From assembly GCA_038120515.1 (NCBI GenBank), contig JAYOLW010000004.1, positions 10,605-74,604 of the forward strand: a stretch of DNA of 64,000 nt, in the 5' to 3' direction. Below the pieces are notes generated by a model, which was given only the letters and a program-made list of their open reading frames with translations, did not search any database and had not been told where the DNA came from. The translations under genes were made by a program, and so were the position numbers. Below are positions 28,609-39,100 of this stretch, in pieces. The stretch comes from Rickettsiales bacterium (GTDB lineage: Bacteria > Pseudomonadota > Alphaproteobacteria > Rickettsiales > JABIRX01). Each line of letters begins with the position of its first letter. Position 1 is the first letter of the stretch.

Positions 28609-28775
28609 AAAAATAAATATAATAAAAAGAGTTAATTTTTTATCTATAACTACAATAACAGTTTTAAACTTTCTGCACTAATTTTTTTAGAAAGCGATTT
28701 TTATTGTATAATAAAAATAAAATTTGTAAGTAACAGCTGATTCAATTACTTCTAAATTGATACATTTTTATCTTT

Positions 28776-30515
28776 ATGAACAAAACGAACTCTAATAAAA
28801 ACTACAAGTCATGCTTCAAGCTTTTACTAAATTATGCTAGCTCATACAAGCTATTAATTTTTGGTTTTATTATTGCTTTAACGGTATCTTCAGCCTCTGT
28901 TTTATCTCTTGGAACTGCATTAAGATATCTAATTGACTCAGGCTTCAAACTTAACGACTCGTTAAATTATGCAATATTAATTTTATTATTAATTGTAATA
29001 TTTCTCTCATTAGCAACAAGTCTAAGATTTTATTTTGTAACATTATTGTCAGAAAAAATAATATTAAAAATAAGACATGATGTTTTTCATAAGCTAATTT
29101 ATCAAAATCAAAGTTTTTTCAACAAGAACAAGATTGGCAATTTAATTTCGTCTGTTACGAATGATCTGGCGCTAATTCAATCTTTCATTGCCTCAAATCT
29201 ATCTATATTACTTAGAAATTTTATTATTTTAGTGGGTGCAATTACAATCTTATCATCAACTAACATTACCTTATTTTTCTATATAATTACATTAATACCA
29301 ATTGTTGTTCTTCCTTTGATATTTTTTATAAAAAGATTAAGAAAACAATCTAAAGAAACTCAAAATGTTATTGCTGATTTGACCGCCAATATGCATGAAC
29401 ATTTATTAGGTATCAAAACAATACAAGCCTTCTCTGCGGAAAATTACTCTTCACAAATTTTTAAAACTCAACAAGACATTGTCCTTAATTTTTCTAAAAG
29501 ACGAATTTTGACTAGAAGCATTCTTACATTAGTGATTATTTTTTTAGTATTTACTACAATTTTATTTTTAATCAAAAAAGCTGGTGTTTTATTACTTACA
29601 AATCAAATATCTGCTGGCGAACTTTCATCATTTGTATTTTTTAGCCTATTAATTGCTGGATCCTTTGGTGCCATTGCAGAAGTTATAGGAAACTTATTTA
29701 AATCTCTTGGTGCTTTTGAAAGAATATCACAAATCCTTAACAACTATGAAGAAAAAAGAAATCACAACAAAACTCAACAATTAGACCAAGAAATATTCCC
29801 GATAAAGTTTGATAAAGTAAATTTTGCCTATCCCGAAACAAACTTAATATTAAGAGATATAAATTTGTCTATAAACAAAAACCAAATCGTTGCAATTGTA
29901 GGACCGAGCGGATCAGGAAAATCAACCTTATTTAATCTGCTCTTAGCTTTTTATAATACTAATTCTGGTTCTATAAAATTTGGTAATGTATCATATAACA
30001 AACTTAGTACTGCAACTATACGTTCAAAATTTTCATTAGTTCCACAAGATCCTTTTATGTTTTCTGGTTCAATTGCAGAAAATATCGCGCTTAGCCAAGA
30101 GTTTGATGATAACAAAATCATTAATGCTTTAGAATTAGCGCAAGCACTAGAGTTTGTAGAAAAACTTGATCAAGGTATTTTTACAGAATTAAATGAAAAT
30201 GGCACAAATCTTTCAGCTGGACAAAAACAAAGAATTGCAATTGCTAGAGCTGTTTATCACAAATCTTCAGTAATTTTACTTGATGAAGCAACAAGTAATA
30301 TTGACAACAAAAACGAGCAAAACCTTGTCAAAGTTCTAAAAAAACTAAGTACAAAATTTACAATAATTATTATTGCTCATAGAAGAGAAACAATTCAAAA
30401 TGCAGATTACATATATGTTTTAAACAATGGTCAAATTATTGATGAAGGCTCTGATGATGACCTTAATAATAAAAAAGGCCTTTACAAATCTTTATTAGGA
30501 ATGCAATCTGACTAA
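28776..30515 (+). CDS. ABC transporter, fused permease/ATPase (ABCB/MsbA-type exporter)
   Basis: 6-TM N-terminal domain, Walker A GPSGSGKST, signature LSAGQKQRIAIARA, Walker B ILLDEATS; 579 aa. Confidence 0.9.
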   Translation: MNKTNSNKNYKSCFKLLLNYASSYKLLIFGFIIALTVSSASVLSLGTALRYLIDSGFKLNDSLNYAILILLLIVIFLSLATSLRFYFVTLLSEKIILKIRHDVFHKLIYQNQSFFNKNKIGNLISSVTNDLALIQSFIASNLSILLRNFIILVGAITILSSTNITLFFYIITLIPIVVLPLIFFIKRLRKQSKETQNVIADLTANMHEHLLGIKTIQAFSAENYSSQIFKTQQDIVLNFSKRRILTRSILTLVIIFLVFTTILFLIKKAGVLLLTNQISAGELSSFVFFSLLIAGSFGAIAEVIGNLFKSLGAFERISQILNNYEEKRNHNKTQQLDQEIFPIKFDKVNFAYPETNLILRDINLSINKNQIVAIVGPSGSGKSTLFNLLLAFYNTNSGSIKFGNVSYNKLSTATIRSKFSLVPQDPFMFSGSIAENIALSQEFDDNKIINALELAQALEFVEKLDQGIFTELNENGTNLSAGQKQRIAIARAVYHKSSVILLDEATSNIDNKNEQNLVKVLKKLSTKFTIIIIAHRRETIQNADYIYVLNNGQIIDEGSDDDLNNKKGLYKSLLGMQSD

Positions 30516-30549
30516 AAATGTATTTATATTACAAAATTATTACCAAGAA

Positions 30550-32016
30550 ATGATTAAATTTATTTATGACAAATTAAAACCATATGTGAATATCATTTCT
30601 GCGATTTTGGTAATTTTGTCGTTATGTTTTGTAATGTTAACCCATTATAAAATCTACATATCAAATTCTGGAGATGCATCAGAACCAGTTCCTAACTGGC
30701 TTCTACTTTTAGACCTTTTACTAATAATAATAATCTGTAGTCTTATTGGCCTTAGAATTAGAAATTTCATTAATAAATATTTAAAAGGTAATAGTAAAAA
30801 CAAATTACAAAGAAAAATCTTAAACATAATAATATTGTTTGCAATATTACCACCATTTTTATGTATTACATATTTCTACATATATTTCTCTAATAGTTCA
30901 AAAATGTGGTTTAACAACGCCATCGATCAATCATTAAAAGAATCTCTAGAAATTTCCAAAATTTACGTTAACGAAAATAAAGCTAGGCTAAAAGATAACT
31001 TATTTGAACTCAAAAGATTTGTGGAGAAGAATACTGATCTATTGCTTAGTAACCCAATCAAATTTGAAAAGAAATTCTCAGCCCTTGCAGCAAGCAGATC
31101 TATTACTGAGGCAGTTATTTTAATTAATAACAAAAATAAAAATAAGATTTTATCTAAAACTGCATTCTCATTTTATCCATCTCTTGAAAATTTTAATATC
31201 ACCCAAGATTACAAGCCAAATGATGCTGGAGTCAGTATCATCATGAATGAAGATGACAATTATATGAGAGCAATTACTACCTTAGATAATATGCCTAACA
31301 CATATATATTACTTGGTATATTAGTAAATGATAAGGTAATAATGCATATCAAAAATGTTCAAGGTGCCAATAAAGACTACAACAACCTGAAATCTAATAT
31401 TGAGATTACCCAGAAACAATTTTTAACAAGCTTTACCATCTTGAGTTTTCTTGTTATCTTATCTTTGATTCTTTTATTTATAATTTTTATTTCAAAATAC
31501 ATACTGCCTTTATTAGAGGTTATAAATGGTATGCAAAAAATTTCCGAAGGTGATTATTCAACTGAATTAGACAAATCTAACAAAAATACTGAAATTTCAT
31601 TGCTTTTTTCCTCTTTCAATAAAATGACTAAATTAATTGCTCAAAAAAATAATGATCTTTCATTTTCTATGCAATTAAGTGAATCAAAAAAAGACTTTCT
31701 TGAATATATCCTTGGCTCTCTTCCTACAGGAGTAATATATATAAATACTAATAAAAACATAACTCTTTATAATCAAGCTTCATCAAATATCCTTAATGAA
31801 AAGTCACTAAATGGTAAGAATATATCAGAGGTATTTGTTGGAATTGAAAAATTAATAGCAATTGCTGAAAAACATCCTGACAAACATCATGAAGAAATTA
31901 TAAAAATTAAAATTAATGGAAAAGTTCAAAAAATAAGCGTAACTATTGCAATAGATTTTGCAAAAGGAGAAATAAGAGGCTTTATCATTAATTTTTTAAC
32001 TGTAATAAACAACTAA
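30550..32016 (+). CDS. NtrY-like membrane sensor lacking the histidine-kinase core (TM-HAMP-PAS only)
   Basis: Four N-terminal TM helices, a HAMP-like segment (LLEVINGMQKISEGDYSTEL...FNKMTKLIAQKNNDL) and a PAS-like segment. The ORF stops after ...GFIINFLTVINN, where NtrY homologues continue into the H-box and ATPase. No H-box or N/G boxes are present. Confidence 0.6.
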   Translation: MIKFIYDKLKPYVNIISAILVILSLCFVMLTHYKIYISNSGDASEPVPNWLLLLDLLLIIIICSLIGLRIRNFINKYLKGNSKNKLQRKILNIIILFAILPPFLCITYFYIYFSNSSKMWFNNAIDQSLKESLEISKIYVNENKARLKDNLFELKRFVEKNTDLLLSNPIKFEKKFSALAASRSITEAVILINNKNKNKILSKTAFSFYPSLENFNITQDYKPNDAGVSIIMNEDDNYMRAITTLDNMPNTYILLGILVNDKVIMHIKNVQGANKDYNNLKSNIEITQKQFLTSFTILSFLVILSLILLFIIFISKYILPLLEVINGMQKISEGDYSTELDKSNKNTEISLLFSSFNKMTKLIAQKNNDLSFSMQLSESKKDFLEYILGSLPTGVIYINTNKNITLYNQASSNILNEKSLNGKNISEVFVGIEKLIAIAEKHPDKHHEEIIKIKINGKVQKISVTIAIDFAKGEIRGFIINFLTVINN

Positions 32017-32034
32017 CCTTTTAGATATAGAATC

Positions 32035-33381
32035 ATGACTAAATGCTATATATTAATAAATAGTACCACAACAAAGAAAAAGCTAACCTCATTCTTTGAA
32101 AATAATAAAATTGAGTTTGCAACTATATGTGATTCTAATCTAGAGCAATTAAACATAGAAGATGTTTCTAATGCAGCGTTATTTATTGATTCTGAAAATT
32201 TAATTAAAATCGCAGAATTCTACAATTTTCAAAAGACTAATTTCCAAAGTACTATTTTAATTCAGAATATATCTGACAACATTACTACAAAAAAACATAC
32301 AAAGCTCTGTGAGCTAATAATTAACCCGCCTTTATCAAAGGTAAAACTTGAAAAAACTTATGATTTTATAAACAAATATAATATTTTAGAGATTAACAAT
32401 AAAAATGTAGATTCATTTGATTATGGTGAATATTTCTTACAAGGAACCTCGCAAATACTTGGCAACTTTAACACTGAACTAAAAAACATTGCAAAAACCC
32501 AAGATAATATTTTTCTTGAAGGTAGTTTAGGTACTGAAAAAATAAGAGTTTTAAATCATATTGTTGAAAATGTTAGGGCTAAAAGTGAAAAAATTGTTTA
32601 TTTAAGATGTAAACAAGTAATGAAAAGTGATGCTCCTAAAAAAGTTATCAATACAATATTAAAGAGCTTATCTAATAATTCTGAATTTAATGAACTTTTA
32701 GTAATTTACCAACCTTATCATCTTGATGAAGAGGCACAAAATATATTATTGTCACTCTTAACAGAAAAACAAAATATTCAATCTATTACTGTTAGTCAGT
32801 ATTCGCCGGATGTATTAATTAACGAGTTTAATTTCAAGAAAGATTTAATTGCTTTGTTAACCAATCAAACTATTAAAATCCCTGTTCTTGTAAATAGAAA
32901 ACATGACATTCCTCACATTGTGGATTATTTAACTGAACGTCTTATTTCGATATATGGTTGTCAGGATATCAAATTTTCAACTACCGCTCTTATTACACTT
33001 CAATCATATGAATGGCCTGGTAATTATACAGAACTTAGAAATATCATAGAATCATTATTAATAAATGCAGTTGAAAACCAAATGGATATAATCGAATCAA
33101 AAGACTTACCTTCTGATTTATTTATTGTTAATCAAGCATCGCTTAACCCTTCTGTTAATTATGATATTATGTCAAAAGATCTTAAGGAAGCACGATCAAT
33201 TTTTGAGAAGCAATATATAGAAGCCCAAATTCGAAGATTTGGTGGCAATGTTTCTCATACCGCAAATTTTATTGGTATGGAAAGAACCGCATTACATAGA
33301 AAATTATCTTATCTTGGAATTATGAGTGACGACTTAAGATCTTCAATAAAAGGATATAAGAGAAGCTCAAGTAATAGCTAA
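32035..33381 (+). CDS. NtrX/NtrC-family regulator homologue with degenerate receiver and Walker A
   Basis: Central AAA+ sigma54-interaction-like domain (YHLDEEAQNILLSLL, FKKDLIALL..IKIPVLVNRKHDIPHIV, WPGNYTELRNIIE) and C-terminal Fis-type HTH (GGNVSHTANFIGMERTALHRKL). The P-loop reads GSLGTEK (nt 32521-32541) instead of GxxGxGK. The N-terminal REC-like region lacks the DD pocket and the conserved Lys. Confidence 0.65.
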   Translation: MTKCYILINSTTTKKKLTSFFENNKIEFATICDSNLEQLNIEDVSNAALFIDSENLIKIAEFYNFQKTNFQSTILIQNISDNITTKKHTKLCELIINPPLSKVKLEKTYDFINKYNILEINNKNVDSFDYGEYFLQGTSQILGNFNTELKNIAKTQDNIFLEGSLGTEKIRVLNHIVENVRAKSEKIVYLRCKQVMKSDAPKKVINTILKSLSNNSEFNELLVIYQPYHLDEEAQNILLSLLTEKQNIQSITVSQYSPDVLINEFNFKKDLIALLTNQTIKIPVLVNRKHDIPHIVDYLTERLISIYGCQDIKFSTTALITLQSYEWPGNYTELRNIIESLLINAVENQMDIIESKDLPSDLFIVNQASLNPSVNYDIMSKDLKEARSIFEKQYIEAQIRRFGGNVSHTANFIGMERTALHRKLSYLGIMSDDLRSSIKGYKRSSSNS

Positions 33382-33417
33382 CAATATCCACTACTAGCAT
33401 CATTTAATTGTTTAAAA

Positions 33418-36400
33418 ATGTCTGAAGCATTGCAAAAGAAAATATCAAAGAAGTTTTTATCTTCTTATAAAATTGCTTTAAATTCATCTGATTTAAAAGC
33501 ATTTGATAATGAGAAACTTAATTTTATTGCCAATACTCTTTTGAAGCTAGGCTTTCAGAAGAAACCTGGAGAAGCTAAATTGGATATAGTTACCCCTAGT
33601 AGTAAAGATGATAATTTTAATTTAGATGCTAGCATTATAAATATAATTAACGATGATAAACCATTTTTGGTTGATTCTATAACATCAGCAATAAATGATT
33701 TAGGTTATCATATAAATTTAATTGTTAACAAAGTTTTATATATAAAAAGAGATAAAAATAATTTTATTGAAGATATCAAAGACACAAAATATGACGAAAA
33801 CTTCAAAGCAGAATCATATATTCAACTTCATATCAAGAAAATTTATAACAACAAAACCAAAGAATTCTTAAAAAATCAATTAACACATATTGTTCAACTT
33901 GTTGAGGTTGCAGTTTTTGATTGGAAAAAGACAATAGACCTTCTTGATGATGCTAGACATAAAATTATAAAAACTGATCATGAGTCAGATAAAAAACACG
34001 AAGCAATTGAATTTATTGATTGGGCATTAGATAGTAACTTTATCTTTTTAGGTTATTCAGAAACTTATATTAAGGAAAAAAATGAAACTTTTGATTTTGT
34101 CCAGAAAAACTCTGAAAATCTTGGTATTCAAAGATTACACAATTATGATGATCTATCATCAATTACCAAAAAGGTTTTTTTAGAAGATAATTTTCCTATT
34201 ATTATAGTAAGTAAATTAATTGCAAAATCGCCTGTTCATCGACCTGTTAATCTAGACATGATTCGAATAACTATTTTTGATGACAAGCTAACACCTTCGG
34301 GTGAACTTCGTTTTATTGGTTTATTTACATCAAAACTATTCTATCAATATGCAAAAGATATACCTATAATTAGAAAAAAAATTGAATATGTAACTAAAAA
34401 AGCCAATTTTGATCCGAAAGGGCATAATGGTAAAGCATTAGTTTCAGTTTTGGAATCATATCCAAGAGAAGAATTATTTCCGATTAAACATGATGAATTA
34501 TTAGATATCTCATTGGGAATTATAAAACTTGGTGGTTCAAATGAGGTTAAAACATTTTTTAGAATAGATCCTTTATGTAGATTTATTAGTGTAATTTGTT
34601 TTGTTCCAAAGAAAAATTTTAGTACCGGTATAAGACAAAATATTCAAAAGATTTTGTCGAATGAGATAAATCATAAAGTTACATCTCACTCAACATTGAT
34701 TTCAGATCAACCTTATGCAAGAGTTCATTTTATAATTGTTGTTAAGGATTGCAACATCAGAAAAATTAATTACAAGAAAATTGAAAAACTAATTACTGAA
34801 TCTGCACAAAATTGGCATGATCAACTTGAAATAGAGATTTTTCAAAATTATGATGAAAATCTAGCAACAGGATATGTCAGTAAATATCTAAATTGTTTTC
34901 CTTTGTCATATCAAGAGCATTTTAGTTTTTGCAATGCAGTTAATGATGTTGTTATATTTGATAATTTGTTAAAAAATGACAGCCCTTTTATATCTTTGTC
35001 TAAAATTGATGATAGAGAAGGTATTTTTCATTTAAAATTATACACTGTTAATCAGGTTACATTATCAAATATAATGCCAACATTGAATAATTTTGGACTA
35101 AATGTAATCAGTGAAAATATCTATTTAATAAAACCAGAAAATTCTATCAAGAAAATTTGGATAAGCAGTTTTGATGTTTCTATTAATATTTCAGATTCAG
35201 AGTTTATATCAATTAAGAAACATTTTGAACTAGCTCTTTTAGATTGTTGGCTTTCTAAATATGAAAATGATCATTTGAATCAATTACTGTTAAAAGCATC
35301 ATTTCATATTAAAGATATTTTCCTTATTAGATCATTTGCCAAATATATTATTCAAACTAGCTTTTCATTCAGTTTAGACTTTATTGAAAATACCCTTGTT
35401 GAATACCCAGATATCACTAGAGAGATCAAGGATTTATTTTATGCAAAATTTGATCCCTCAATAAAGAATAGAAACATTTCGAAATTTAAAGACAATATTT
35501 TAAAACACTTACAAAAAATTTCAAATATTTCTCATGATCATATTTTTAAAAAATTTGTTGAAATTATCGACAATATGGTTCGAACAAATTTTTTCCAAAA
35601 AGATCAAAATAATTATATATCCTTTAAGTTATTAAGTAAAAACTTATCAGATTTATTGTTACCAAAACCTTTTGCAGAAATTTTTGTTTATTCGGCTGAA
35701 ACAGAAGGTATTCATTTGCGTGGAGGAAAGGTTGCACGAGGTGGCCTTAGATGGTCTGATAGGATTGCTGATTATCGAACTGAAGTTCACGGGCTTGCAA
35801 AAGCTCAAATGACTAAAAACTCCATTATTGTTCCTGTAGGTTCCAAAGGTGGATTTATAGTTAAGAAAGATACATCAAAATTAACAAGAGATGAGTTTGT
35901 TGCAGAAGGTATTAAATCTTATACTACTTTCTTAAGTGGTTTACTAGATATAACCGACAACATAATAGATGAAAAAATTGTCAAACCTGATTCTGTGATT
36001 TGTTACGATGGAGATGATCCGTATCTAGTAGTTGCTGCTGATAAAGGAACAGCTACATTTTCAGATATTGCAAATTCAATATCTGCAAAATATAATTTTT
36101 GGCTTGGCGATGCTTTTGCCTCAGGTGGATCTCAAGGCTATGATCATAAGAAGATGGGAATCACAGCAAAAGGAGCTTGGCAATCAGTCACAAGACATTT
36201 TTTTGAAATTGGGATAAATATTAATAAGAATGATTTTAGTTGCATAGGTATTGGTGATATGTCGGGAGACGTATTTGGTAATGGTATGTTATTATCAAAA
36301 AAACTTAAGCTTGTTGCAGCTTTTAATCACATGCATATTTTTATTGACCCTACCCCTAATGCAGAAAAATCTTTTAAAGAAAGACAAAGGTTGTTTAAAC

Positions 36401-38157
36401 TTCCAAGGTCAAATTGGACCGATTATAACTCTAAATTAATTTCAGAAGGTGGAGGAGTTTTTTCACGTCAAGAAAAGTCTTTGGAATTAACGAAACAAAT
36501 CATGGATTTACTTAATATAAATTCTAAAATTGTTACACCAAACGAGTTAATTCAGGCAGTATTAAAAGCAGATGTAGATCTATTATGGAATGGTGGTATT
36601 GGAACATATATTAAAGCTAGTGCTGAAAGTAATGCTGATGTTGGTGATAAGAATAATGATGCATTGAGAGTTAATGCTAAAGACCTTAGATGTAAAATTA
36701 TTGGTGAAGGCGGAAATTTAGGCCTAACTCAAAGAGGTAGAATTGAGTATGCACATCATGGTGGAAGAGTTAATACTGATTCAATTGATAATTCAGGTGG
36801 CGTAAATTGCTCTGATCATGAAGTAAATATTAAAATCGCACTTCAAGATTTACTGCAAAAAAACATAATAAATGTAGAGGTAAGAAACAAACTTCTTGAG
36901 GAAATGTCAGATGGTGTAGAAGCTTCAGTATTATATGATAGTCTTTTATCAGCTCAAGCAGTCTCTCTTGCCGAGTCTAACAGTTATAACGCTCTTGAGC
37001 ATCAAGAACGACTTATGAAAAAACTTGAAGATTGTGGTTTACTTGATCGTAAAGTCGAGTTCTTACCTGATACCGAAGAAGTTAACAGAAGAAAATCTGA
37101 AAAAACTGGTTTGACCCGACCTGAGTTATGTGTATTACTATCATATTCGAAAATTTATTTATATAATGATTTAGTCTCGTCATCTTTACCAGATGAAGGA
37201 TATTACTTGAATGAATTAATCAAATATTTTCCACAAAAACTTGTTAATGAATTTAAAGCTGAATTATTTAATCATCCTCTAAAAAGAGAGATTATTTGTA
37301 CATTTGTTGCAAATAGTATGATTAATAGATTAGGTATAACTTTTTTTAATCGTGTATCCAATGATACAGGTCTCAAAATTTGTGACATTTCTAGAGCCTA
37401 TACAATTATTAAGGATTCTTGTGAATTACCTATATTATGGAAAGACCTTGAGAAATTAACATATAAGACCTCAGCCGAAATCCAAATAAAGATGTTTAGA
37501 AAAATTTCTAAATTCATTGAACAGTCAACATTATGGTTACTTCGAGTATATAGAAATACGCTTGATATTATTGAGAATTATGTAGCAATTTATCATGACA
37601 AAATTGCAATAATACTTGATAATCTTGAAAAAGTTTTATCCGAAGAGGCATTAGAGAGTTTTAATAAGAATTATAAATTTTATAAATCTCAAAATGTTAC
37701 TGATGATATTGCAAAAAAAGTTGCAGCGTTAGAATTTATGCCAGCAATTTATCAAATTATTTATGTATCACAAGATAGTGATATTGATTTATTATCTATT
37801 GCCAAAATATATTTTCATATTGGTATTAGAATGCATTTTAGATATCTTAGTCTCAAAGTAATTGATTTAAACCCGGATTCTTATTGGGATAAGCTATCTT
37901 TAAAGAGTTATATAAGTAATCTTTTTGATCAACATATGAGAATTACGAGCGAAGTTGTAAAGTCTTATACAAAAGAAACTAAAATTGCTAATTCAGATAA
38001 GGTTGTTGATGAATGGATTCAATTAAATCAAAAACAGATTCAGCGTTATGATGAACTTATTGCTGATATTCAAACTCATCAATATCCTGATTTTTCAATG
38101 CTTAATGTTGCGGGTCATAGGGTTAAAGAGATTTCATCTATGACAAAGAATGTATGA
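33418..38157 (+). CDS. gdhB: NAD-specific glutamate dehydrogenase, large (about 180 kDa) class
   Basis: 1579 aa. Catalytic core motifs HLRGGKVARGGLRWSDR, AKAQMTKNSIIVPVGSKGGF, VVAADKGTATFSD and GGSQGYDHKKMGITAKGAW are typical of the GdhB-type enzyme. Confidence 0.9.
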   Translation: MSEALQKKISKKFLSSYKIALNSSDLKAFDNEKLNFIANTLLKLGFQKKPGEAKLDIVTPSSKDDNFNLDASIINIINDDKPFLVDSITSAINDLGYHINLIVNKVLYIKRDKNNFIEDIKDTKYDENFKAESYIQLHIKKIYNNKTKEFLKNQLTHIVQLVEVAVFDWKKTIDLLDDARHKIIKTDHESDKKHEAIEFIDWALDSNFIFLGYSETYIKEKNETFDFVQKNSENLGIQRLHNYDDLSSITKKVFLEDNFPIIIVSKLIAKSPVHRPVNLDMIRITIFDDKLTPSGELRFIGLFTSKLFYQYAKDIPIIRKKIEYVTKKANFDPKGHNGKALVSVLESYPREELFPIKHDELLDISLGIIKLGGSNEVKTFFRIDPLCRFISVICFVPKKNFSTGIRQNIQKILSNEINHKVTSHSTLISDQPYARVHFIIVVKDCNIRKINYKKIEKLITESAQNWHDQLEIEIFQNYDENLATGYVSKYLNCFPLSYQEHFSFCNAVNDVVIFDNLLKNDSPFISLSKIDDREGIFHLKLYTVNQVTLSNIMPTLNNFGLNVISENIYLIKPENSIKKIWISSFDVSINISDSEFISIKKHFELALLDCWLSKYENDHLNQLLLKASFHIKDIFLIRSFAKYIIQTSFSFSLDFIENTLVEYPDITREIKDLFYAKFDPSIKNRNISKFKDNILKHLQKISNISHDHIFKKFVEIIDNMVRTNFFQKDQNNYISFKLLSKNLSDLLLPKPFAEIFVYSAETEGIHLRGGKVARGGLRWSDRIADYRTEVHGLAKAQMTKNSIIVPVGSKGGFIVKKDTSKLTRDEFVAEGIKSYTTFLSGLLDITDNIIDEKIVKPDSVICYDGDDPYLVVAADKGTATFSDIANSISAKYNFWLGDAFASGGSQGYDHKKMGITAKGAWQSVTRHFFEIGININKNDFSCIGIGDMSGDVFGNGMLLSKKLKLVAAFNHMHIFIDPTPNAEKSFKERQRLFKLPRSNWTDYNSKLISEGGGVFSRQEKSLELTKQIMDLLNINSKIVTPNELIQAVLKADVDLLWNGGIGTYIKASAESNADVGDKNNDALRVNAKDLRCKIIGEGGNLGLTQRGRIEYAHHGGRVNTDSIDNSGGVNCSDHEVNIKIALQDLLQKNIINVEVRNKLLEEMSDGVEASVLYDSLLSAQAVSLAESNSYNALEHQERLMKKLEDCGLLDRKVEFLPDTEEVNRRKSEKTGLTRPELCVLLSYSKIYLYNDLVSSSLPDEGYYLNELIKYFPQKLVNEFKAELFNHPLKREIICTFVANSMINRLGITFFNRVSNDTGLKICDISRAYTIIKDSCELPILWKDLEKLTYKTSAEIQIKMFRKISKFIEQSTLWLLRVYRNTLDIIENYVAIYHDKIAIILDNLEKVLSEEALESFNKNYKFYKSQNVTDDIAKKVAALEFMPAIYQIIYVSQDSDIDLLSIAKIYFHIGIRMHFRYLSLKVIDLNPDSYWDKLSLKSYISNLFDQHMRITSEVVKSYTKETKIANSDKVVDEWIQLNQKQIQRYDELIADIQTHQYPDFSMLNVAGHRVKEISSMTKNV

Positions 38158-39100
38158 TAATTGTTTTAACCTTTGAAGATAGTTGAATATTTTCTACATT
38201 TCTCTCAATATAATTTCTTACATTTGGAAGATATTTTTTGTATTTACTAAAACCTTTTCTCTGAGAAAATTTTGAAAATAATCCATATATTCTTAAATTT
38301 CTTTGTATTGATAATATAGAATATTCTTGAATAAATTCCTTTTTATCAATTTCTGGATTATGATCAAAAAAGAAATCTAGCATTTGCTTTTCAAAAATTG
38401 GGGTAACAAATCTTCGAGCATCCTGAAGCAGTGAAACAACATCATAGGATTGAAAGCCTATTGAAATATCCTGATAATCAATTAGCCCTACTTTATTAAT
38501 TCCTTCACGTTCATCCAACCACATTAGGTTATCAACATGGAAATCTCTAAGCGAAAGAAATGTCGGTTTTTTTAATAATTTAAATAATGAAACAAAGGAA
38601 TTTTCGACCTCATCTTTATATAAGTCAATGACACAATTATTAACAAATTCTTCGATTCCATTTTTTAGACTTGTTAAATTATGAAACTCAAAATCAAGAT
38701 TATTAACGGATAGTTTTTGCAATTTAGATAAAAGATATAAAGATTTTTTATATATTTCTTCTTCAGTTCCCTGGCTAACATCACGCAGATAATTGTTAAC
38801 TTTAGTATCACCAAAATCTTCTATCAAGGCAATTGAATGTTCAAAATCTATTAAATGTATATAAGGAACAGAGAAACCATGATTATTAAGGAAATATGAA
38901 GATTTTATAAATTTATCAAATTGCTTTGGCTCCTTCATAGAATCCATTATGACATAAGTTTTATTTTTGTGCAAAACTCGATAATATTTTCTATCTGATA
39001 AATCTGTTGGCAAAGAAAATATTTTTGAATTTGCCAAATTATTATCTATAAATTCAACTAATTGCCTTGGTAAATTGTATTTATTAACTTCAATTTGCAT
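38138..39100 (-). CDS. aminoglycoside-phosphotransferase-fold kinase (AmgK-like MurNAc/GlcNAc kinase candidate)
   Basis: Brenner-type LRDFHVDNLMW and IDYQD motifs of the APH/choline-kinase fold. Sits immediately downstream of tsaE, as in many alphaproteobacteria. Confidence 0.7.
   Translation of the reverse strand: MQIEVNKYNLPRQLVEFIDNNLANSKIFSLPTDLSDRKYYRVLHKNKTYVIMDSMKEPKQFDKFIKSSYFLNNHGFSVPYIHLIDFEHSIALIEDFGDTKVNNYLRDVSQGTEEEIYKKSLYLLSKLQKLSVNNLDFEFHNLTSLKNGIEEFVNNCVIDLYKDEVENSFVSLFKLLKKPTFLSLRDFHVDNLMWLDEREGINKVGLIDYQDISIGFQSYDVVSLLQDARRFVTPIFEKQMLDFFFDHNPEIDKKEFIQEYSILSIQRNLRIYGLFSKFSQRKGFSKYKKYLPNVRNYIERNVENIQLSSKVKTIIIHSLS

Noticed and set aside
28776-30515. The two ABCB-type half-transporters (28776-30515 and 59743-61485) as a duplicated or mobile module
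   Set aside because: They share architecture but their sequences are clearly divergent, they lie in unrelated conserved contexts, and no flanking repeats are present. They are ordinary paralogues.
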